From an uncultured virus (IMG/VR IMGVR_UViG_3300005512_000004) (Duplodnaviria > Heunggongvirae > Uroviricota > Caudoviricetes): a DNA stretch of 20,000 bases. This document shows, piece after piece, positions 1-7,966 of the stretch. A program made the position numbers and the translations under genes. Position 1 is the first letter of the stretch; every line of letters begins with the position of its first letter. Location of the stretch: the IMG/VR virus record IMGVR_UViG_3300005512_000004, one strand, 5' to 3'. Below the pieces are notes generated by a model that made no database searches, was not told the DNA's origin, and saw only the letters and a program-made list of their open reading frames with translations.

Positions 1-200
1 GCGTGCCCGAGACCGCAAGCTAAAAGAGTGGGTACGTTGGGTTGGGTATCGTCTGTATGTTATAGGGCTGCTGTTGGGTCTGTACTTCTTCTTACGTGCC
101 TGTATGTCGCCTCTTGCGCGCGACGTCTTCGGGCTCCAAAGCTTTTGGTGGGTAGAAGCTTTTGTCGCGTTTGTGTACGCGCTTATAGAGGAGTTATTAA

Positions 201-677
201 ATGGGAAATCCTAAAAACGAGCAACCGACTCGGCAGTTCACGCAGTCCGAGAAGGCGAAGCGCGGCTGGTGGGCGAGCGTCGTCTTTATGCTGCTGATTG
301 TCGCACTCATCATCTTCTTAAGCTACGTCAAGATCGTTGAAGAGAACCGCGACATCCTTATCGGTATCATCGGCATGCTTACGGGCAGCATCAGCTCTAT
401 GCTAGCGATCGCGAGCGGACGAGACCCAAGCGAGATGGAAGAGCTAAAAGAAAAGCTCTCGGCAGCGAACGCTGATCGGGAGGCGCTCATCGCTAGGCTA
501 CGTGACGCGCAGATTCAGATGCAGCTGTTACGGGAGCAGATCTTCGAGCTACAGAACGCGGTCATCGACAAACTATCATTGTTCTCGGGTAGCCCTCCCA
601 TTAAAAAGAGGCGAGAACAAGATGTCTCCTTACCGGACGTAGTCGAGCAATGGCTGCCCGGTAAGGATGAGAACTAG
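201..677 (+). CDS. Membrane protein with two N-terminal TM helices and a C-terminal coiled coil (holin-like architecture, function unknown)
   Basis: GAGGAG SD about 7 nt upstream; hydrophobic WWASVVFMLLIVALIIFLSYV and ILIGIIGMLTGSISSMLAIA; heptad-rich ELKEKLSAANADREALIARLRDAQ. Confidence 0.75.
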   Translation: MGNPKNEQPTRQFTQSEKAKRGWWASVVFMLLIVALIIFLSYVKIVEENRDILIGIIGMLTGSISSMLAIASGRDPSEMEELKEKLSAANADREALIARLRDAQIQMQLLREQIFELQNAVIDKLSLFSGSPPIKKRREQDVSLPDVVEQWLPGKDEN

Positions 678-715
678 CGGTCTGGGTAGTAGCCGCCGTC
701 GAAGTAGTCGTCCAT
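674..715 (-). CDS. Putative 13-aa micro-ORF (MDDYFDGGYYPDR)
   Basis: Preceded by AAGGAGGACAGC-ATG (same as the leader of the gene at 2116) and a pentaloop hairpin at 741-755; its stop overlaps the stop of the convergent gene in a shared CTAG. Confidence 0.35.
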   Translation of the reverse strand: MDDYFDGGYYPDR

Positions 716-757
716 GCTGTCCTCCTTTCTTGTTAGCGTTAGCGCAAAACGCGCTTG

Positions 758-1936
758 TTATCCGTTCACTGCGTGGGCCGCACAGTACTTCCCTGCCTGC
801 GCGCAGCAGAAGACCGCGACCGCCGCCCAGAGGCTAGGCTCCGCTGCCACTACGAGCAGGGAGTAGCCGATTACGGAGCCCGCTGTGTAGGCGAGCTTCG
901 CGGCACCCTGCGTGTCGAACCCGCGCTTAGACGCCCACCTATCGCACAGGAACTCCCTGCGCTTTGACGCTGCCCACGCTAGGAGCAGCAGTGGCGCGCA
1001 AGGCTCTACCCACACGCTCACAACAGCTCCGAGCGCGACCACGCTCAAACCCACGCGATCACCATAGCGCCAGACCGCGCAGCGCTTGATCGCATTGGTT
1101 AAGTTGTACGTGAAGTGCTTCCCCGACACTCCCCACGCGATCATCGCGAGGCCACCCACGACGTCCACGCATGTCTGCGCGAACGTCCATCGGCGGGCTA
1201 GCTCTTCGCCTAGCCACCCGTTGAGCGCGATCGCGGCCACTGTGCCGCCGACCGCTGGGAGCTCCGCGAGCGTATTCACCCGTGCGTTGCGCCAGACCTC
1301 ACGAAGAACACTCAACTGTGGGCGCTCGAGCAAGCCATCTCTGTGGGCCCACCACAAGATGGTCGCGGTGGGGACGAGCTCGGCTAGAAGCGTGCCGAGA
1401 GACGCCCCCCTCGCTCCCATCCTCTCCCCGATCACCAGCCAGTACGTCAGCGCGACGTTACTGACTGCGACCACCCATGCGAGTCGGATACGTGCCTTGA
1501 CGCGTACCTGGGCGGTCCCGAGGGCCATGTAGCCCACGACACCGACTCTGATGAGCAGGCTCGCAGGCGCGGCGTAGGCGAGGTAGTCCGCCATGCCGGG
1601 CAGACCTACTACATCCTCAAGTCCGCTCGACGCGGCCCATAGAACGCCGTAGAGCGCCGTGCTCAAGAGCGCCCAATAGTAGTTGCTCGAGAGCAACGCG
1701 GCCGAGCGTGAGGCCTCCTCCGAGGCCTCGGCGAGCTTCTTCGCCACGCCGCTCGGGGCGCGTACCAGGCGCCCGATCGCGCCGAGCGCGAGCGCGGCGA
1801 CGCTGGCACCCGCTACCTTATCCACCTCGCCCGCCCCTGCGAGGATGAAGATGTCGGTGATGAGTAGGAGCAGCTCGGGAAGCCACTCCAGATACTGCGT
1901 ACGCAGCTCCTCTTTGTGTGTTTGTTTTCTTTCCAT
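758..1936 (-). CDS. Polytopic membrane protein, MATE/MOP-family transporter-like
   Basis: Many hydrophobic segments; SNVALTYWLVIGERMGARGASLGTLLAE resembles the MATE N-x-x-L...G-x-x-GAA-x-AT motif; start placed at the ATG following GAGG. Confidence 0.6.
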   Translation of the reverse strand: MERKQTHKEELRTQYLEWLPELLLLITDIFILAGAGEVDKVAGASVAALALGAIGRLVRAPSGVAKKLAEASEEASRSAALLSSNYYWALLSTALYGVLWAASSGLEDVVGLPGMADYLAYAAPASLLIRVGVVGYMALGTAQVRVKARIRLAWVVAVSNVALTYWLVIGERMGARGASLGTLLAELVPTATILWWAHRDGLLERPQLSVLREVWRNARVNTLAELPAVGGTVAAIALNGWLGEELARRWTFAQTCVDVVGGLAMIAWGVSGKHFTYNLTNAIKRCAVWRYGDRVGLSVVALGAVVSVWVEPCAPLLLLAWAASKRREFLCDRWASKRGFDTQGAAKLAYTAGSVIGYSLLVVAAEPSLWAAVAVFCCAQAGKYCAAHAVNG

Positions 1937-1978
1937 GTATATCCTCATCTCCACAAATCGTGGTTATGTGTGTATTTA

Positions 1979-2005
1979 CTTATCACGAATACACGCATTA
2001 TCTTG
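1979..2005 (-). promoter_or_regulatory. Putative promoter CAA-N16-GTGATAAG upstream of the MATE-like gene
   Basis: Same motif and spacing at five other intergenic sites; AT-rich divergent region. Confidence 0.5.
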
Positions 2006-2040
2006 TTAGGTTACGGGCACTTAGTGATAGTAATAGTTCT

Positions 2041-2067
2041 CAATCTCGAGTTACTTCTTGTGATAAT
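2041..2067 (+). promoter_or_regulatory. Putative promoter CAA-N16-GTGATAAT driving the ligase operon
   Basis: Followed by hairpin GCGC-GAGTT-GCGC (2082-2094) and AAGGAGG SD. Confidence 0.55.
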
Positions 2068-2115
2068 AAAGCACCAACACCGCGCGAGTTGCGCCACACC
2101 TACAAGGAGGACAGC

Positions 2116-2388
2116 ATGGCTGGACTAGACACGAGCCCGCTGCGCAACATGGTCATTGCGTACATGAATAAAGACCCAATGGAGCTCAACCAATACGAGA
2201 ACGAGATGCTCAACGAGCTCGTCACCATGATGGTGGACTTTGATGCGCGCTTTGTGCAGTACCCGCTCATATGTGCGAAGGTGCTCGCGGACTGCATAGA
2301 GGCACACTCGGTCGACCTCACCGCGCTCAAAGCGTGCGTGGACCTCCTCGCCTCAGTCGATCAACAGTTAAGGAGGTACAAATGTTGA
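2116..2388 (+). CDS. Hypothetical protein (90 aa)
   Basis: AAGGAGG SD; overlaps the ligase start. Confidence 0.75.
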   Translation: MAGLDTSPLRNMVIAYMNKDPMELNQYENEMLNELVTMMVDFDARFVQYPLICAKVLADCIEAHSVDLTALKACVDLLASVDQQLRRYKC

Positions 2389-3209
2389 CGCTCGCACACA
2401 CCTACCGGCAGACAGACAACGTCGACGGATATTGGGTGCAGCCCAAGCTCGACGGCGTCCGCTGTGTCTTCGACGGTAAAACGTTCTTGTCGCGCGCAGG
2501 GAAGCCCTTCGAGCCGCCCGCTGAGTGGTACGAGGGTAGCGCGCTCGCAGCACTGCAGAAGGAGGTCGGAGCGCCGATAGACGGAGAGCTGGTGTGCTTC
2601 CTTCAAATCGCGCCTCTTCGTGGTGGCCCTTTCGGGAAGCAGCTCGTGAACTTTAACAGCGTCGTGTCTGTCGTGCGAAGGAAGGAGAATGCGGACATGT
2701 CTGGGTGGGCCGAGATCGCGTTCGTCGCGTTCGACGTCGTGACGGACGAGCCCTGCTCCTATCGAGAGCGGTACAGCCTGTTGGAGAAGGCCAGGACAGA
2801 CCACTCCTTGTTCATCATGCCTATCGTCGACGTAGTTGACTCGGGAGACGATCAATATGGTTGGTTGGCAAGCGCGGCGCTGAACGGGTGGGAAGGCGTG
2901 ATGCTCCGTAATCCAGACGCGCCTTACGAGCGGAAACGCACACGCAACCTGCTCAAGGTAAAGCCCGTGGCGGATGAGGAGTTCGTTGTCACGGGCATGC
3001 AGGCGGGCACAGGCAAGCACGCGGGGCGCATGGGCGCGTTGCTGTGTCAGCGTGATGGGAAAGAGTTTAAGGTCGGTACGGGGTTCACAGACGCTGACCG
3101 CGAGTTGCGGGATTGGGTCGGAAAAACCATCACCGTGGAATACTTCGAGCTTACGCCTCGAGGTGTACCACGTCACCCACGCTTCAAGGGGGTACGAGAC
3201 TATGAGTAA
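2382..3209 (+). CDS. lig: ATP-dependent DNA ligase (minimal adenylation + OB domain)
   Basis: Motif I QPKLDGVR, DGEL, FVAFD, WEGVMLR, LLKVK, VGTGF, PRHPRF; TAAGGAGG SD before ATG 2382. Confidence 0.95.
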   Translation: MLTLAHTYRQTDNVDGYWVQPKLDGVRCVFDGKTFLSRAGKPFEPPAEWYEGSALAALQKEVGAPIDGELVCFLQIAPLRGGPFGKQLVNFNSVVSVVRRKENADMSGWAEIAFVAFDVVTDEPCSYRERYSLLEKARTDHSLFIMPIVDVVDSGDDQYGWLASAALNGWEGVMLRNPDAPYERKRTRNLLKVKPVADEEFVVTGMQAGTGKHAGRMGALLCQRDGKEFKVGTGFTDADRELRDWVGKTITVEYFELTPRGVPRHPRFKGVRDYE

Positions 3210-3408
3210 AGTCAGTCGGGGAGAGACGGACTACGGCACCGAGGTCATCTACATCGAAAAGGACGATAAGCTCTGGGAGGTCAAGGCGACCGACGAGGGT
3301 ATCCTCATCGATGTGTATACGGGCAACGGGAATGAGTGGTTGGACTCGCCCTTCTCGGCCACTTGGGATGAGATGCTTGCTCCCAAGGATGACGACAAAA
3401 ACTCGTAG
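3202..3408 (+). CDS. Hypothetical acidic protein (68 aa)
   Basis: ATG overlaps the ligase end; MSKVSRGETDYGTEVIYIEK... Confidence 0.7.
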   Translation: MSKVSRGETDYGTEVIYIEKDDKLWEVKATDEGILIDVYTGNGNEWLDSPFSATWDEMLAPKDDDKNS

Positions 3409-3447
3409 GTTTTTGCGATAATAGAGTACCAACGCGTGTTGCGTTTA
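3396..3447 (+). promoter_or_regulatory. Putative promoter CAA-N16-GCGATAAT plus leader hairpin AACGC-GTGTT-GCGTT (3431-3445)
   Basis: Matches the repeated promoter and leader elements elsewhere in the window. Confidence 0.6.
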
Positions 3448-3465
3448 CCTACTACGGAGGAAATC

Positions 3466-3687
3466 ATGGATACAAACTACCTCAAGGCGTGCGTCACGCT
3501 CGGAAACGCGCTGAGCGCGGCGCGATATTATGGCATCGCGGGTGTCAAGCGCGCGTTGGACGGCGCGATGATCCGTGTCACCGACAAGCCCGCCACTGCG
3601 GACGAGCGCCACTTCGCGGGCTATGTCCGCACGCTCGTCCACGACCTTAGCCTTAGGCTCCCGGAGGAGTACTCATGGTTGAGCTGA
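3466..3687 (+). CDS. Hypothetical protein (73 aa)
   Basis: GGAGG SD before ATG 3466. Confidence 0.75.
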   Translation: MDTNYLKACVTLGNALSAARYYGIAGVKRALDGAMIRVTDKPATADERHFAGYVRTLVHDLSLRLPEEYSWLS

Positions 3688-3983
3688 TCCGCAGCGCTGC
3701 TGCCCGTTATGGTCGTCCCGCCTGGAACGACCGCGTCACCCAAGACGGCAACGCCATGGCCGTCCTGTCCATCACGCGCAACGACCTTCTCGCGCAGGGG
3801 TGGCCGCGAGAGAGCGTCGACAGCGTCATCCGAGAGGCCAAGACCCTCGACTACGACGGTCTCGTCAGCCTCTGCTTGTCTGTCTACGCGCCTCCCGTGT
3901 CGGACGACGATTGGGATGATTGGGGCGACGATTGGGACGACGACGACTGGGATGATGACGAGGAGGACAGCCATGACGATTGA
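3675..3983 (+). CDS. Hypothetical protein with a very acidic Asp/Trp-repeat tail
   Basis: GGAGGAG SD; C-terminus DDDWDDWGDDWDDDDWDDDEEDSHDD. Confidence 0.75.
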   Translation: MVELIRSAAARYGRPAWNDRVTQDGNAMAVLSITRNDLLAQGWPRESVDSVIREAKTLDYDGLVSLCLSVYAPPVSDDDWDDWGDDWDDDDWDDDEEDSHDD

Positions 3984-4230
3984 CGAGCTGGAGTACGAGA
4001 AATGGGAGAACGCGCTCGACTTCGCGCTCACCGAGCGCTTTATGCTCGGGCTCAGCGACATGGTCGACGCACCCACGCGCGCACACTACGACAGCGGCCT
4101 CAGCGTCGCGGAGGCGGCGTGGGAGGTGGCGCAGAACGATGAGATGTTCGCGCCTTACCTCGAGGAGTACGCGTGGGAGCTCGAGGCCTTCGAGGCGAGC
4201 GCGGAGAGATACCTCGCCGAGAATGACTGA
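3973..4230 (+). CDS. Small acidic phage protein (85 aa; possibly DUF5419-like)
   Basis: AGGAGG SD; GLSDMVDAPTRAHYDSGLSVAEAA resembles the D-L-P-D...Y-D-x-G-x-S-P-x-E-A pattern. Confidence 0.65.
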   Translation: MTIDELEYEKWENALDFALTERFMLGLSDMVDAPTRAHYDSGLSVAEAAWEVAQNDEMFAPYLEEYAWELEAFEASAERYLAEND

Positions 4231-4279
4231 CTAATTCCAACAAGACACGAGTTGTGTCGATATACACAAGGAGAGCCAT

Positions 4280-4648
4280 ATGAGCACTATCACCTTTCGT
4301 ACAAAAGACCTCGCGGCCGCTGCCGCGGCGTTATTCAAAGCAGACGCCCCGAAAGCCCGCATCGCCGCGGAGCTGATCAACAAGGCTGTGACTGCGGAGC
4401 AGCGTATCCGAGGTCTCGAAAAGGATCTCGCAGGTGCGATGGCGGAGATCAAGAAGCTCCGCGAGATCACCGCAGGCGCAGAGGCGCATAGCTTGATGCG
4501 CGTTAAGCGCGAAAAGGAGTTGTGCGCTCGCATCGACGACATGAACGTCGAGCGCCTCAATCTCATCCGAGACTACGAGCAGAAGCTCGACAAGAGCGAC
4601 GAGACGCTCAAGCGCGCTATCGCGCTGATCGAGCACCTGACCAAGTAG
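4280..4648 (+). CDS. Coiled-coil hypothetical protein
   Basis: AAGGAG SD; heptad pattern; preceded by hairpin GACAC-GAGTT-GTGTC (4244-4258). Confidence 0.8.
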   Translation: MSTITFRTKDLAAAAAALFKADAPKARIAAELINKAVTAEQRIRGLEKDLAGAMAEIKKLREITAGAEAHSLMRVKREKELCARIDDMNVERLNLIRDYEQKLDKSDETLKRAIALIEHLTK

Positions 4649-4659
4649 GTAGGTGCGCC

Positions 4660-5154
4660 TTCAACATCTTCTATCTGTCACAGTGTCCTCGCCAAGCAGC
4701 GGAGTGGCACTGTGATAAACATGTCCGGAAGATGATATTGGAGACCGCTCAGATGCTGGTGACCGCGCGCGTGTTGCGTGGCGAGTTACCACGGGAGACA
4801 AAGTACTTCACTTTTAGGATGCGCAATCATCCGTGCAGCAAGTGGGTACGTCTCGACCGAGCAGGTTTCGAGTACGCATCTGACCTTTTGCGTGCCTTGT
4901 GTGACGAATACACGTATCGTTTCGACAAGGTGCACGCGACCGAGCGGTTCTACTATGGCGAGTTGCCGCATGTAGACTTGGACACGCTATTCCCATATCG
5001 CAGACGACGTAAACCCGTTCCGCTTGCGACGGGAGAGCAACACCCCCTCGACGCTGACCCCGTTGAGGTGTACAGGAGATACTATGAAACCAAACAACAA
5101 CGATGGGAGCTCAAGTGGAGCAGACGAGAACAACCACGATGGTTTTCGGGTTAA
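4660..5154 (+). CDS. Pyrimidine dimer DNA glycosylase / endonuclease V-like protein; expected ATG is replaced by TTC
   Basis: NIFYL...A.WHCDKHVRKMILETAQML...NHPCSKW...LCDEYTYRFDKVH...DPVEVYRRYY...K is the signature of this family. Confidence 0.8.
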   Translation, partial: FNIFYLSQCPRQAAEWHCDKHVRKMILETAQMLVTARVLRGELPRETKYFTFRMRNHPCSKWVRLDRAGFEYASDLLRALCDEYTYRFDKVHATERFYYGELPHVDLDTLFPYRRRRKPVPLATGEQHPLDADPVEVYRRYYETKQQRWELKWSRREQPRWFSG

Positions 5155-5338
5155 GCTCGACCCATTCTTGAAGACTCAAGAGAGTCTGCCGCAGCAGATC
5201 GACCCTAACGCACTCTACGTTGGCCTGCCTACAGGTTGGGTCGAGATGTTCGAGTGTGCAGCCGATCTCGAGGGCGTCCCCGAGAACCACTATATGATGA
5301 TCAAGAGCGGTGGTGAGCTGCTCAAGATGCTTAAGTAG
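5084..5338 (+). CDS. Hypothetical protein (84 aa)
   Basis: AGGAG SD before ATG 5084; overlaps the upstream gene by 71 nt. Confidence 0.55.
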   Translation: MKPNNNDGSSSGADENNHDGFRVKLDPFLKTQESLPQQIDPNALYVGLPTGWVEMFECAADLEGVPENHYMMIKSGGELLKMLK

Positions 5339-5349
5339 GCGGAGGAAAG

Positions 5350-6417
5350 ATGAGTATTAAAGAGGTCACAACGATTTCGGTCACGCCTATGATCGGCAAA
5401 GCAGGCCACTGGTCCATCGCGAGCGTGACATGTATGTACAGCGACTTGCAAAAGTTGGTCACGCATAACGTCGAAAACGACAGCGGAGATCTACGACGCT
5501 CGAAGTCGTACTTCGACAGAGATCTGCCCATCCAGCGCAAGCCAGTCCGTGCTCGCGTAGATGCGCTTAAGGCGTATATCTCTTCGAAGATTGATACGGA
5601 GAGCGGCACAGGTGCGTTGCCTGCGCTCACGCTTGTTGTTATCGGGAAAGTATCGGTCGACTCGGATGACGGGACGCTCAACATCAAGCTCGAGGGGGAG
5701 GATGGGCGCTGCCTTATCGCAGACGGCATGGGGAGGTACACAGCCCTTACAGAGCTCTACCAGGAGCAGGGCCTCGACCTGCCTATAGCGGTCACGATCT
5801 TCGCCAATCGACGCGCGAAGATGTATGAGGTCGCGCAGCTACTGCACGACATCAATCGCTACAGTACAAACATGCGGCCTGTGACAGCAGCGAAGTTTAT
5901 GCACACAGGTCCGTTCGCGGATATGCACGAGCGACTGGAGTCGCTGGTGAACGCGGCAGATCTTTCCGTGCCTCGTACGTGGCTGATCGCGGATGGACCA
6001 CTCATGCTTATCAAAGCGCCCGAGCTTGGTAACGCGCTCAAGGTCGTCGACAAGTACGACGTAAAAGAAGGAGTCTCTGACATGTCGAGACTAGAGCGCT
6101 TTGACATACCTGTCGCGATAGGGCGCGCGGTCGTTGAGTACCCTGCTGTCCTCGACGTGAGGTACGTCTTCCAGGCTGTGCTACATGGTATAGGAGCGGG
6201 CTTCGCGAGCAATCGCCCCTTTAAGATCCATGTAGACCCGCGTATCTTCACACTGCCCACTCCGCATAAGAACAAGGGGTGGGGCGACCTACAACGGTGC
6301 GTTACCGTTGTTCCTCAAGATGACGCATGCCTTCGTTGTGGCGAAGAGCTCACGGACGACAACCGCGCGTTCGATAATGAGCGTGTGTGCGACTACTGCG
6401 ACCATGTAGCCCGCTAA
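5350..6417 (+). CDS. DGQHR/DndB-like (ParB-superfamily) protein with a C-terminal Zn-ribbon
   Basis: IQR...RVDALKAYI...LPALTL...IADGMGR..AL...IAVTIF...QLLHDIN pattern; CLRC...CDYC at the C-terminus; GGAGG SD. Confidence 0.75.
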   Translation: MSIKEVTTISVTPMIGKAGHWSIASVTCMYSDLQKLVTHNVENDSGDLRRSKSYFDRDLPIQRKPVRARVDALKAYISSKIDTESGTGALPALTLVVIGKVSVDSDDGTLNIKLEGEDGRCLIADGMGRYTALTELYQEQGLDLPIAVTIFANRRAKMYEVAQLLHDINRYSTNMRPVTAAKFMHTGPFADMHERLESLVNAADLSVPRTWLIADGPLMLIKAPELGNALKVVDKYDVKEGVSDMSRLERFDIPVAIGRAVVEYPAVLDVRYVFQAVLHGIGAGFASNRPFKIHVDPRIFTLPTPHKNKGWGDLQRCVTVVPQDDACLRCGEELTDDNRAFDNERVCDYCDHVAR

Positions 6418-6427
6418 AGGAGACACT

Positions 6428-6745
6428 ATGATTATCCGTTTTCATGACGACGAGTTTCCAGAGATGACCCCCGCTGAGCTCTGCGCGGCGCTGAAGCGTC
6501 GACGCGCTGACGTCAACTTTCGTATTGATGGTGACACGGTGGTGGGCGCCTATCTCGGAGGGAAGATGCGGGCGAGTGTGTGCGATGGGAAACTCGATGT
6601 AGCGCTCGAGATCTCGCCCTTTGTCTCCTCCAGCGTCGTAGAGACAGTCAAGGCACAGGGCATCGTTCTCCTTGAGTGCATCAAGGCGAGCGGTACGACC
6701 GTACCTCCCATGGACTTCGAGACAGTGGAGGTGCCCGATGCGTAA
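6428..6745 (+). CDS. Hypothetical protein (105 aa)
   Basis: AAAGGAG SD. Confidence 0.75.
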   Translation: MIIRFHDDEFPEMTPAELCAALKRRRADVNFRIDGDTVVGAYLGGKMRASVCDGKLDVALEISPFVSSSVVETVKAQGIVLLECIKASGTTVPPMDFETVEVPDA

Positions 6746-6935
6746 GCAACACTGGGTGGACCAGATGACCAATATCGCACGAGACTTCGAGGACGCGCAC
6801 GTGAAGGCGTTCTTATTCAAGCGGATTGGTGGCCACGTGACCTGCCTCGTCACCGTTGTCAACGCCGATGGGAAGGAGGTCACGTGGGAGCTCGTCGATG
6901 ACGGCGTGAGCACTGACCTCTGGCGGAAGGTCTAG
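6738..6935 (+). CDS. Hypothetical protein (65 aa)
   Basis: GGAGGT SD; overlaps the upstream stop; ends in a CTAG shared with the convergent gene. Confidence 0.7.
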   Translation: MRKQHWVDQMTNIARDFEDAHVKAFLFKRIGGHVTCLVTVVNADGKEVTWELVDDGVSTDLWRKV

Positions 6936-7966
6936 TCCTTCTTCTTCTGCTGTGCTTTATTGTAGCGGTATCCTCCGTAGGCCCCTAGGCCCGCACCGAC
7001 CAGGCCTGCGCCTATTGCCCTTTGGATACTGCCTGACCCGGCGCCTGCAGCACCTCCGAGCAGTCCTCCACCGAGAGCACTTCCTGCTAACATGCGATTA
7101 CCTGCCAGCAGACGATCTCCCCACTTATCCTTGGAAGGTGTGCCTTCTTGGTCCTTATAGAGGCGCTGCTTTCTTTTAGCTAGCAGCTTAGCGGCGATTG
7201 CGGGAGAGCTTGCGAGGGTGGCGGAGGTAAGGTATGTCCCGAACGCGTTAGCGAGTCCTGGTCCTTGGAGACCACCTTGCCCAAATTTACGTGCGAGCCC
7301 TCTCGCGCGGATTGTCGCGCGTGCCTCCTCCGCGAGTGTGGGTAGCTCGCTCGCGGCACGGTGTACGAGAGCTGCGTTTGCCATAGCGTTAGCTCTGTCA
7401 GCCTGCTCTTTGTTTGTGGCGGAGCCCGCGTATAGAGCAGCCCCTCCCTGCAGTCCTAGATTGAGAAGCCCTGGCGTGGCGCTGGTGCCGATAGTTGCGC
7501 CGAGCTTCCCGACGACGCTTCCTCGCCTAGAGCCTAGTCCGGTACCGTGTCCGAGCTCGTGTAGGAAGACGTCCTTATTAAAATCACCGTCCATAAGGAT
7601 CGTGCCGCGTGTCTTGGGGCTTTTGCTGGGCGCGAGTCCGAGCATTTTAGCAGGCGTATACATCGCGCCGCTTACCTTTCCATCCTCTCCGGGTATCGGC
7701 ACGCCTCTATTGAAGTTCACCTCGATGTGCTTACCGTCTTTTGTGGGAAGAATGAACTCGTTTTTGCCCGTTTGTTTCGCGCGCATCTTCTTAAGGAGCT
7801 TCGCCATCTCTTGGGCGTCTGCTTTTGTGCGGTGCTGCGGTACCCCTCGCGCGAACATGACGTTCCCTAGCGCGGATGCTCCTGCGATCCCCGCGGTGTA
7901 CTTCGCTCCTGTGAGCGCGCTGTCTCTATCTCGTTTTTTCTCGGCTAGTTTCTCATAAAAGTGCAT
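6932..7966 (-). CDS. MFYE-leader family protein with HExxH Zn-metallopeptidase-like motif and glycine-zipper segments
   Basis: Starts MHFYEKLAE after GGAG SD; VFLHELGHG ... LAEEARA; C-terminal GSALGGGLLGGAAGAG...GAGLVGAGLGAYGG. Confidence 0.75.
   Translation of the reverse strand: MHFYEKLAEKKRDRDSALTGAKYTAGIAGASALGNVMFARGVPQHRTKADAQEMAKLLKKMRAKQTGKNEFILPTKDGKHIEVNFNRGVPIPGEDGKVSGAMYTPAKMLGLAPSKSPKTRGTILMDGDFNKDVFLHELGHGTGLGSRRGSVVGKLGATIGTSATPGLLNLGLQGGAALYAGSATNKEQADRANAMANAALVHRAASELPTLAEEARATIRARGLARKFGQGGLQGPGLANAFGTYLTSATLASSPAIAAKLLAKRKQRLYKDQEGTPSKDKWGDRLLAGNRMLAGSALGGGLLGGAAGAGSGSIQRAIGAGLVGAGLGAYGGYRYNKAQQKKKD

Noticed and set aside
2271..2381. Upstream ORF-track extensions (ligase, and ORFs at 1918, 2974, 3709, 8011, 12074, 14879, 15193, 16645, 19386)
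   Set aside because: They overlap neighbouring genes or regulatory motifs; downstream starts have better SD context
2361..3176. Long antisense ORFs (e.g. 2361-3176, 7218-7958, 1086-1532)
   Set aside because: Shadow frames of well-supported genes in GC-rich DNA
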